A stretch of 64,000 nt of DNA from the NCBI GenBank assembly GCA_017961515.1, contig JAGCXC010000092.1, forward strand, positions 15,626 to 79,625, written 5' to 3'. The position numbers were made by a program, and so were the translations under genes. This document shows positions 15,723 to 22,984 of this stretch, one piece after another. This DNA comes from Clostridiales bacterium. Lineage in GTDB: Bacteria > Bacillota > Clostridia > Acetivibrionales > RGIG10202. Numbering within the stretch: position 1 is the stretch's first letter; every line of letters starts with the position of its first letter. The notes under the pieces were generated by a model, which was given only the letters and a program-made list of their open reading frames with translations, did not search any database and had not been told where the DNA came from.

Positions 15723-16890
15723 GTTTTCCACCCAGATTCCTATTATTTTTTCTTCCTCTCCTGCCAAAAAAATTACTCTCTATATCTATATTACCATATT
15801 GTCTCTTCTCTATATCCCCAATAATGCTATTCTCTATGCTAAGAAATTTTTCCTCTTCCCTTGCTGTAACAAAAGTTACTGCAACTCCGTCCTGTCCTTT
15901 TCTTCCTGTCCTTCCTATCCTATGGATATAAGAATCTACATTTTGTGGAACATCATAACTAAATACATGAGTAACCCCCTCAATATCAAGCCCCCTTGCA
16001 GCAATATCTGTTGATATCAAAATAGGTAAATCCGCCTTTTTAAAAATCTTCATTACTCTTTCTCTTTTTCTTTGCGTCATATCTCCTCTTAATTCATCAC
16101 ACTGATAGCCCAACTTACCCAACTCATCATTTAGAAAAATTACATTTTCTCTAGTCTTACAAAACACCATAGACATAAATGGATTCATCTTGTCTAATGC
16201 ATCACAAAGCGCATTTAGCTTTTCTTCCTCACTTGTACGAACCATTATCTGTTTTATATTTTCAAGCATAACCTCCTTAGGCTTTATTGTCACTCTTTCT
16301 GCTTCATTTAAAAATTTTTTAGCCAAAATTTTAACACCCTTTGATATGGTAGCAGAAAATAACATGGTCTGTCTCTTCTTAGGCACATGATTTATTATAT
16401 CTCGTACCTCGCTTAAAAACCCCATGTCTAACATAAGATCTGCCTCATCCAACACAAGAATATTTACTTTTTCTAAATCTATAGTCTTTCTCTTTATATG
16501 ATCTACCAATCTTCCTGGCGTTCCAACAACAATATGTATACCATTCTTTATTTTGGTTATTTGCTGTTCTATATCTTGTCCTCCGCATATCAATAAGATT
16601 GATGCATCCTTCATATACTTCTGCGCTTCATCTGTTATTTGTTTTGCCAACTCCCGCGTAGGTGTCACTATCAAGGCTTGTATATAATCTTTTTTAAAAT
16701 TAATTTTTTCTATCATAGGTAATATAAAGGCTAGTGTTTTTCCTGTTCCTGTTTGAGCTTGTGCAATTAAGTCTTTACCTTGCCTTAGTATAGGTATAGA
16801 CCTCTCTTGCACCATAGTTGGCTCTTTTATCCCATTCTTTTTTAATAACTCTAACACTTCTTGACATATCCCTAATTCTTCAAAATTCAT
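15634..16890 (-). CDS. DEAD-box ATP-dependent RNA helicase
   Basis: 418 aa. AQTGTGKT, PTRELA, DEAD (VLDEADLM), SAT and HRIGRTGR motifs, with a basic C-terminal tail. Confidence 0.92.
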   Translation of the reverse strand: MNFEELGICQEVLELLKKNGIKEPTMVQERSIPILRQGKDLIAQAQTGTGKTLAFILPMIEKINFKKDYIQALIVTPTRELAKQITDEAQKYMKDASILLICGGQDIEQQITKIKNGIHIVVGTPGRLVDHIKRKTIDLEKVNILVLDEADLMLDMGFLSEVRDIINHVPKKRQTMLFSATISKGVKILAKKFLNEAERVTIKPKEVMLENIKQIMVRTSEEEKLNALCDALDKMNPFMSMVFCKTRENVIFLNDELGKLGYQCDELRGDMTQRKRERVMKIFKKADLPILISTDIAARGLDIEGVTHVFSYDVPQNVDSYIHRIGRTGRKGQDGVAVTFVTAREEEKFLSIENSIIGDIEKRQYGNIDIESNFFGRRGRKNNRNLGGKHVAKRSKYKRRNANSETSTKNFRYGNRKG

Positions 16891-16915
16891 AACAAAAATT
16901 CCTTTCTTTTCTATC

Positions 16916-17836
16916 TTACAAAACTATACTATCTTTTATACCTTTAAACTTATTTTCTCCCATGCCAGATACATTCCTAAGCTCTTCTTTCTCATTAAAT
17001 TCTCCATTTTCTTCTCTATACTTTATAATTTTGTCCGCCATAGAAGATCCAATTCCAGGTAGTAACATAAGCTCATCTTTATTCGCTGTGTTTATATTAA
17101 CCTGTGAAACATTCTTTTTATCTGTTTCTTCTGCATATAACCCTCTTACTATTTTTATACCTGACTCTTGTTCTTTTACTTTTTCAGTTTTTTTATTACT
17201 AATTTTCTCAGTTTTTTTCTCAATCAAACGGCCAAAATCTTCCTTCGTTAATAAATCTTCTTTTGAGGAAGCTAAATCTTTTTGATTATCTTCATAATGC
17301 TTTTGTATACTTAAATTTTTTTCTCCTATATTCTCTTTCTCTTCATTAGTACAATTCTCTTTTAGGGACACATTCTCAGTTTCTACTCTACATTTTATTT
17401 TTTGGTTCTTATTTTTTGATTCTCTCTCCAAAGGCTTTTCTCTTTCGTATACAATAATCCTAGTCTCAAGCGGTTTTACTTCTTTTTCTCTGTCCTTTTT
17501 ATCTTTTATAAAAATCATCATATTATCTTTTATTTTATATACCAAATTTACTCTCTCTAAGTCCGCTCCTTCTGTAAATCCCCCTGCTTTTTTTGCAACT
17601 TTCTCCACTGTTGAATTTTTAGGCACCTCGTACGTCCCTGGATTTTTTACACATCCCAAAATATATACTTCTATTTTCTCTTCTTCTCTTTCTTCAGTAC
17701 CTTTATTATTTTGCTCTACTAAAACTTCACATTCATTCTTCTTGCCTAACGCTTCATATCCTATAACAATTGCTATCATACACAATATAATTATCACTAG
17801 CGTTATGTTTTTTTTATTCAATCCTTCTATGACCAT
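16916..17836 (-). CDS. comEA: ComEA-family protein (TM, SLBB-like domain, long K/E-rich linker, C-terminal helix-hairpin-helix)
   Basis: 306 aa. VYILGCVKNPGTYEV (SLBB-like) and C-terminal VNINTANKDELMLLPGIGSSMADKIIKYREENGEF. RBS AAAGGAG. Confidence 0.8.
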   Translation of the reverse strand: MVIEGLNKKNITLVIIILCMIAIVIGYEALGKKNECEVLVEQNNKGTEEREEEKIEVYILGCVKNPGTYEVPKNSTVEKVAKKAGGFTEGADLERVNLVYKIKDNMMIFIKDKKDREKEVKPLETRIIVYEREKPLERESKNKNQKIKCRVETENVSLKENCTNEEKENIGEKNLSIQKHYEDNQKDLASSKEDLLTKEDFGRLIEKKTEKISNKKTEKVKEQESGIKIVRGLYAEETDKKNVSQVNINTANKDELMLLPGIGSSMADKIIKYREENGEFNEKEELRNVSGMGENKFKGIKDSIVL

Positions 17837-17935
17837 CTACTCCTTTGTTCTAATTCTTTCCATTTATTATATAATATATAGATTAAAATTACAATATATA
17901 AATTGCCATAGAAGGAATTTTTTGTTATTTTTTAT

Positions 17936-20900
17936 CTATCTCCTAAATTCCAAACTAGCTCTTTTTCTATTATCAAGCTCTTCTAGATTTATGCGTTCTA
18001 GTTCTCTTCTTCTTCTATCTATTCGTTTCTTATTTTCAAGCTCTGTCCTAGTCTTATATGTATCTCTCACTTTTCTACCTGATTTTGAACCTTTTATCTT
18101 ATTTTTCATTTCAAGTTCCTTTTTTACACTCAGGGCATCAGCTAATACTACAGCAGTTCTACCTTCTACCCAAAGTTCATTATCATTTAGCTCATTGTCA
18201 CTTTTATCATGCTTTAACTTTAATTCCTTTAACTTGATATTTTTAACACATTCAAGCGTCGTTATATCTTCTTTTCGTCCATCTATAACCTTCGCCCACA
18301 CTCCATCAGGTAATGTTACTTTTACACTACCTGTATTGGCATTGAATATGACAACTATTTTATTGAATACATCACCATTTGCATTGTTATTTATTGTGTA
18401 GGCAACCACATTTGGAATATGCATATCAATAAAGGTTATATTTTTTTGTATATCCTCCGCCTTTGTCATTCTAAACGCAGGATGTCCCTTTCTAAGTCTT
18501 ATAAGCCTTTTATAGTAATTATTAACATCTATATATTTAGATTTTCTATACCAGTCAAATTTATTGACTTCATCTCCAGAATTATAACTATTATGTACTC
18601 CACCTTTTGTACGTAGAAATTCTTCTCCTCCATGGATAAACGGAATACCCTGACTTGTCAACACTATAGCCGCACTAAGCTTATCTATTTTTATTCTCTC
18701 CGACTCCATGTCTCCTCCATTGGTACAATTTATCTTATCCCACAATGTCAAGTTGTCGTGAGCTGATACATAGTTTATTGTCTTCACTGGACTATCTACT
18801 TTTGGTGGAATACCAACCTGTGGATGTTTTACAGCTGCCACAATAGATGTTTTTATCAATTCTTCTTTTCCAAAAGCTCCATTTGCAAAACCTGCTTCTC
18901 TTTCTGTAGATTCTGTATTGGCTCCTTTTATAGCATCCCTTAAAGTATCGTTAAATGTACCTATTCTATCTAGCTTCCAAGCATGTTCTCTCCTTGCTTG
19001 GAGCTCATAAGGCAAAGCTGATCCTTCATATCCTGTCCATCCCTCTCCATAGAGTATGACATTTTCCTTAATGGCATCCATTTCCTCTCTTATTTTATTC
19101 ATAAGATTAAAATCATGTAATCCCATAAGATCAAACCTAAACCCATCAATATGATATTCCTTCATCCAATATCTTAATGAATCTCTTATCATTTTCCCTG
19201 TCATTTCTCTCTCTGAGGACGTTTCATTACCACAACCTGACCCATTCGAGAATGTACCATTACTATTTTTTCTATGATAATAACCAGGCACTATCTTATT
19301 AAAATTCGAATCCTCCGTCTTTGCTGTGTGATTATAAACAACATCCATAATAACACCTATACCCTTATCGTGTAATGCCTTAATTGCTTTTTTACACTCC
19401 ATTATCCTTACCTCAGGGATTTCTGCATTGGTAGAATATGAGCCTTCTGGAACATTATAATTTTCTGGATTGTAACCCCAATTATATTTCCCATCATTAA
19501 CTCTTTCATTTACTCCACTAAAATCAAATATAGGCAACAAGTGCACATGCGTTACACCTAACTCTTCTATGTGCGAAAGACCTGTTTTTTCTCCTTCTTT
19601 GCTTTTAGTTCCCTTCTCTGTTAATCCTAAGAACTTACCTTTGTTAACAACTCCCGAATTTTTGTCTATTGTTAAATCTCTCACATGCACTTCATATATT
19701 ATAGCATCTTCAATGTTTTTTAGAACAGGGCCCTTATCCTTATCCCAACCTGAAGGATCTGTATCCTTTAAGTCTACAATTGCTCCCCTTTCTCCATTTA
19801 CGCCTACTGCTTTTGCATATATGTCTACAGCTTCTCTCTCTTTTCCATAATTATTTACTTTGTACGTGTAGAATAACCCCTTCAAATTTCCTTTTATTGT
19901 TTTTTCCCACGTCCCATTTTCAGATGGATCCATTTCTATCTCCTGTATTGCCTCTCCTTCTATTCCATCTGCATACAAACAAATTTTTATACTACTTGCT
20001 GTAGGTGCCCACACTTTAAATTTACTACGTTCCTCTCCATATGTAAGTCCCAAATCTTCTTTATCATAGACATACAAATCCTTAAACTCTTTACTATCAT
20101 ATCTATTTTCTAAAGATACTTGACTTTCTCCATATCCATCCCTTAATAAGGTATACCTTTTTGTAACTAACAATTCATCTTTTGTTAGTATTTCATAAAA
20201 CTTATACCCTATCTGATTAACTCCTTTAATCTCTACCTCTTCTTTTCCATCTTTTACTTTAAAATCGTTAATGGAAACTTCGCCTTCTATTGCGTAATTT
20301 AATACCGCACAAATTCTATTAGATCCATCTATATAGGATTTGAGTATCTTAGGTGACGCATCAACGTCTTCTCTCTTGTACACAATATTTTCCTCATCTT
20401 GTAACAAAAAGACCTCAAGTTCCCCTTTTTCATTAAGCCTAGTTACATCTATATAACGGTTTATATAGATATCCCTTTTCTCCCAATTATTCCTTTTTAT
20501 TATAATTCCTAATTGAGTTAATCCTTCACTCTTTCCTTTATAGAATTCAGCGTACTTACCATAGTCGTCTTCTCCAGTAAAATAGTACTCCCTGCCTTCT
20601 TTTTCAGAGCTTAATCTATCTTTTTCCCACAACCATATATTCCATCCATCATAATCTTTGTTATATCTACTATAATGAATCTTAATTTTTATTTTCTCCA
20701 CTGCCTCTTTTTCAGTAGGTAAAACTCTATCTACGCTGTTTAAATATCGATTTGCATCTTCTTTATTAAAGAAAAACTCTTTCTCATTATCTATAATGTA
20801 AACATTAACATTACTACCTTTTTTGATAGGTATAAACCTATCATCTCCATCTTTTTCTTTCCATCGATTTTCTCCTTGCGCCTTTTTTACTACAAATCCT

Positions 20901-21127
20901 ATTTTTTTTAATCTTCTCGTTTTGCTAAGTGACAAGGTAAGAACCCTACCAAATTCATCTTCCTTTGCATTTTTTTTATCAAATTCAACTTCTCTTGGAG
21001 AAAAGTCTTTGCCAAACTTATCTCTTTCCCATACCCAAAAACTCCAGTCTTTGTAGTCGTTATCTCTTCTCTTATAATGAAAATTAACTGTCACTTTGTC
21101 CTCTGGAAAATTAAGAAAATCTAACAA
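17936..21127 (-). CDS. pulA: type I pullulanase (2x CBM41/PUD-like, CBM48, GH13), cytoplasmic
   Basis: 1063 aa. TTG start with GGGGTG 7 nt upstream. Two HY(K/S)R..DY.GW..W.WE modules, YNWGYNP, GFRFDLMG, YGEGW and YVSAHDN. No signal peptide. A ~70-aa R/K/E-rich C-terminal tail. Confidence 0.9.
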   Translation of the reverse strand: MLDFLNFPEDKVTVNFHYKRRDNDYKDWSFWVWERDKFGKDFSPREVEFDKKNAKEDEFGRVLTLSLSKTRRLKKIGFVVKKAQGENRWKEKDGDDRFIPIKKGSNVNVYIIDNEKEFFFNKEDANRYLNSVDRVLPTEKEAVEKIKIKIHYSRYNKDYDGWNIWLWEKDRLSSEKEGREYYFTGEDDYGKYAEFYKGKSEGLTQLGIIIKRNNWEKRDIYINRYIDVTRLNEKGELEVFLLQDEENIVYKREDVDASPKILKSYIDGSNRICAVLNYAIEGEVSINDFKVKDGKEEVEIKGVNQIGYKFYEILTKDELLVTKRYTLLRDGYGESQVSLENRYDSKEFKDLYVYDKEDLGLTYGEERSKFKVWAPTASSIKICLYADGIEGEAIQEIEMDPSENGTWEKTIKGNLKGLFYTYKVNNYGKEREAVDIYAKAVGVNGERGAIVDLKDTDPSGWDKDKGPVLKNIEDAIIYEVHVRDLTIDKNSGVVNKGKFLGLTEKGTKSKEGEKTGLSHIEELGVTHVHLLPIFDFSGVNERVNDGKYNWGYNPENYNVPEGSYSTNAEIPEVRIMECKKAIKALHDKGIGVIMDVVYNHTAKTEDSNFNKIVPGYYHRKNSNGTFSNGSGCGNETSSEREMTGKMIRDSLRYWMKEYHIDGFRFDLMGLHDFNLMNKIREEMDAIKENVILYGEGWTGYEGSALPYELQARREHAWKLDRIGTFNDTLRDAIKGANTESTEREAGFANGAFGKEELIKTSIVAAVKHPQVGIPPKVDSPVKTINYVSAHDNLTLWDKINCTNGGDMESERIKIDKLSAAIVLTSQGIPFIHGGEEFLRTKGGVHNSYNSGDEVNKFDWYRKSKYIDVNNYYKRLIRLRKGHPAFRMTKAEDIQKNITFIDMHIPNVVAYTINNNANGDVFNKIVVIFNANTGSVKVTLPDGVWAKVIDGRKEDITTLECVKNIKLKELKLKHDKSDNELNDNELWVEGRTAVVLADALSVKKELEMKNKIKGSKSGRKVRDTYKTRTELENKKRIDRRRRELERINLEELDNRKRASLEFRR

Positions 21128-21159
21128 CTTAAATCACCCCTTATGTTATTGATCAAAGT

Positions 21160-21400
21160 ATGACATCCTCCCCTCGTCTACGCTTCAAATTTTTGCCATA
21201 AGCTTTTCCGCATAGAGGTGTGGGCTTCCTTTTGCTGCAACACGCAAACAGTCGGTTCTCGTTCGATAGCACAATTGTGCTAAGCATAAGCGAGCTAACC
21301 CCGTGTGTCCCACGGTTTTGTGCAACCACTACCCAAATATTGACAACACATAACATTGCCATGCATTTTCTTGCAACTCATTCCTTCAACCTCACGATTA
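21160..21400 (-). ncRNA. unclassified structured RNA candidate (5' leader of pulA or an independent sRNA)
   Basis: A locally GC-rich island in AT-rich intergenic DNA. It holds multiple nested hairpins (21301-21315; 21267-21282 inside 21254-21300; 21172-21183 with 21210-21218; 21342-21346 with 21356-21360). Two of these helices need G-U wobbles that exist only in the minus-strand transcript. Boundaries are approximate and no family was recognised. Confidence 0.45.
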
Positions 21401-21831
21401 AGAAAATCCTTACAAAGTTTTTATTTAAAATATACTTTGCGATCAATTTGTTTATAATTGTTCGCGGATTTGCAAAATACTATTTAATTTTAGTAGGATT
21501 TTTTTCTATGCCACCTTGCTCTTATATCACTTACAAACATAAACTCTACTTAGTCTGCAAATCTACTTCCAGGCCAAACTGACACTTATTTGCACAAGCA
21601 AATAATCCATTATCTTCTTACCTAAAATCTTTTTTTCACAAACTCCCGTGCAAAGTATATCACATCACATCTACTAATACAACCCTTATTTAAGTAATTT
21701 TATGTTAAATTACAATTATTTCATGCCATATATGCATTATATCATATATGGTAATTTAAAACCATATATTTTGTATTATTTTGGTTCTAACATAATAAGT
21801 CAAATTATCCTATGAATTGATATATAAAATA

Positions 21832-21860
21832 TTGACAAATATTTAATTTATTGTTATACT
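21832..21860 (+). promoter_or_regulatory. sigma-A promoter of hup
   Basis: TTGACA (21832-21837), 17-nt spacer, TATACT (21855-21860). This implies a leader of about 180 nt before ATG 22045. Confidence 0.7.
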
Positions 21861-22044
21861 GCACTTTAGTAGGTTATTTGGGACAGCCGAACTATATGCT
21901 TGTGACTATATTGATATATTTTTGTATATTAGTGTAGATTTCGCAAGAAACGCTCACTTTTTGTGATATTGCAAATGGTTGAGAGTGGTCCCATAGGTAA
22001 TATATTTTAGATGGAATTTTAAAAAAAATAGGGGGTTATTTTAA

Positions 22045-22320
22045 ATGAACAAAGCAGAATTAGTTAGTGCTATGGCTACAAAATCAGGACTAAGCAAGAA
22101 AGATTGTGAAGCTGCATTAAATGCTCTTGTTGACACAACACAGAGAACTCTAGCTAAGGGTGGCAAAGTTATCTTAGTTGGTTTTGGTACTTTTGAAGTT
22201 AGAAAAAGATCCGAAAGAAGAGGAAGAAATCCTAGAACTGGAGCAGAGATGATTATCCCTGCATCTAAGGTTCCATCATTCAAAGCGGGTAAAAAATTCA
22301 AAGTTTTAGTAAACAAATAA
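22045..22320 (+). CDS. hup: DNA-binding protein HU
   Basis: 91 aa. MNKAELV...GFGTFEVRKRSERRGRNPRTG...PSFKAGK. RBS AGGGGG. Confidence 0.95.
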   Translation: MNKAELVSAMATKSGLSKKDCEAALNALVDTTQRTLAKGGKVILVGFGTFEVRKRSERRGRNPRTGAEMIIPASKVPSFKAGKKFKVLVNK

Positions 22321-22372
22321 TTTGATCTGCTTTTTAAAAAAGCGGATTTTCAATTTTTTGTTTGTGGCATGG

Positions 22373-22407
22373 GCGCTTAATGTTGTCATTAAGCGCTTCT
22401 GTTTTTT
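22373..22407 (+). terminator. rho-independent terminator of hup
   Basis: GCGCTTAATG-TTGT-CATTAAGCGC (10-bp perfect stem) followed by TTCTGTTTTTT. Confidence 0.85.
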
Positions 22408-22504
22408 CCTGTACTTCTTGATAAATTTATATTATAATATTATTGATACCACTTTTGTAATTGTTCTTTTCGTTTTATACTTTTAACACAGGAGGTTATT
22501 TACT

Positions 22505-22819
22505 ATGCCAGTGGTTAAGCCAAAAGAGGTAAATATAGATATTCTTGCAAAACGAAAAGCAGTTAAACTTGTTATAACTCACTTGAAAAAAAAGTTAAAC
22601 TCATTTGGACAAATCAACAATGATCCATTAGATAAGTGGATTAACAAAGTTGAGGATCTTCTTGGTAAAGATGAATTTGTATTACGCGATTTTTTTGAAG
22701 TAAAAAAAGATTTAAATGATATTATTGAAAGAACTATGGATCCTGATTTAAGATTTAAATTACGTGATTCATGGGTTGGATTTGGGAAAGCTTTAGAGAA
22801 AAAAGCAAAGTTGTATTAG
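22505..22819 (+). CDS. hypothetical small helical protein
   Basis: 104 aa. RBS AGGAGG 8 nt upstream of the ATG. No recognisable motif. Confidence 0.55.
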   Translation: MPVVKPKEVNIDILAKRKAVKLVITHLKKKLNSFGQINNDPLDKWINKVEDLLGKDEFVLRDFFEVKKDLNDIIERTMDPDLRFKLRDSWVGFGKALEKKAKLY

Positions 22820-22845
22820 GCTTACTACAGCCATATTTAGCGCAT

Positions 22846-22893
22846 AAAGATAAATACGATAAATTTTTATCTTATTTATCTTTATTTTTTTTA
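22846..22893 (+). terminator. AT-rich hairpin plus T-run after the 104-aa gene
   Basis: AAAGATAAATA...TATTTATCTTT (outer 11 bp, with an inner GATAAA/TTTATC pairing) followed by ATTTTTTTT. Confidence 0.6.
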
Positions 22894-22984
22894 TTAATAA
22901 ATTTTATCTTTGTAGCGATAATTGTATCACACTAAAAAAATCATAACATAACCTTACTTATCTTTGATCAAGGGGGGATGTTTG

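Noticed and set aside
21160-21200. GUAGACGAGGGGAGGAU resembles the GACGAGGAUGGAGG core of the glmS ribozyme
   Set aside because: The remaining glmS core elements (AGCGCC...GAACU, ACGGCGG) are absent and the downstream gene is a pullulanase, not glmS. SRP (no GGAAGCAGC), RNase P (no GAGGAAAGUCC) and ydaO (AGCUAAC occurs only on the opposite strand relative to GGGGUUA) were rejected in the same way.
21153-21582. Track ORFs 21153..21362 (minus, 69 aa) and 21220..21582 (plus, 120 aa) inside the GC-rich island
   Set aside because: They have no Shine-Dalgarno and implausible compositions (for example CC, RRRGED and runs of V). They overlap each other on opposite strands and coincide with dense hairpin structure. 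The region is better explained as RNA.
21570-21625. 15-codon minus-strand sORF (MDYLLVQISVSLAWK) with AGGTAAG upstream, spanning the 8-bp hairpin TTATTTGC-ACAA-GCAAATAA
   Set aside because: It is too short and unsupported, with no recognisable peptide family, and it overlaps a hairpin. Such ORFs are expected by chance in 900 nt of AT-rich spacer.
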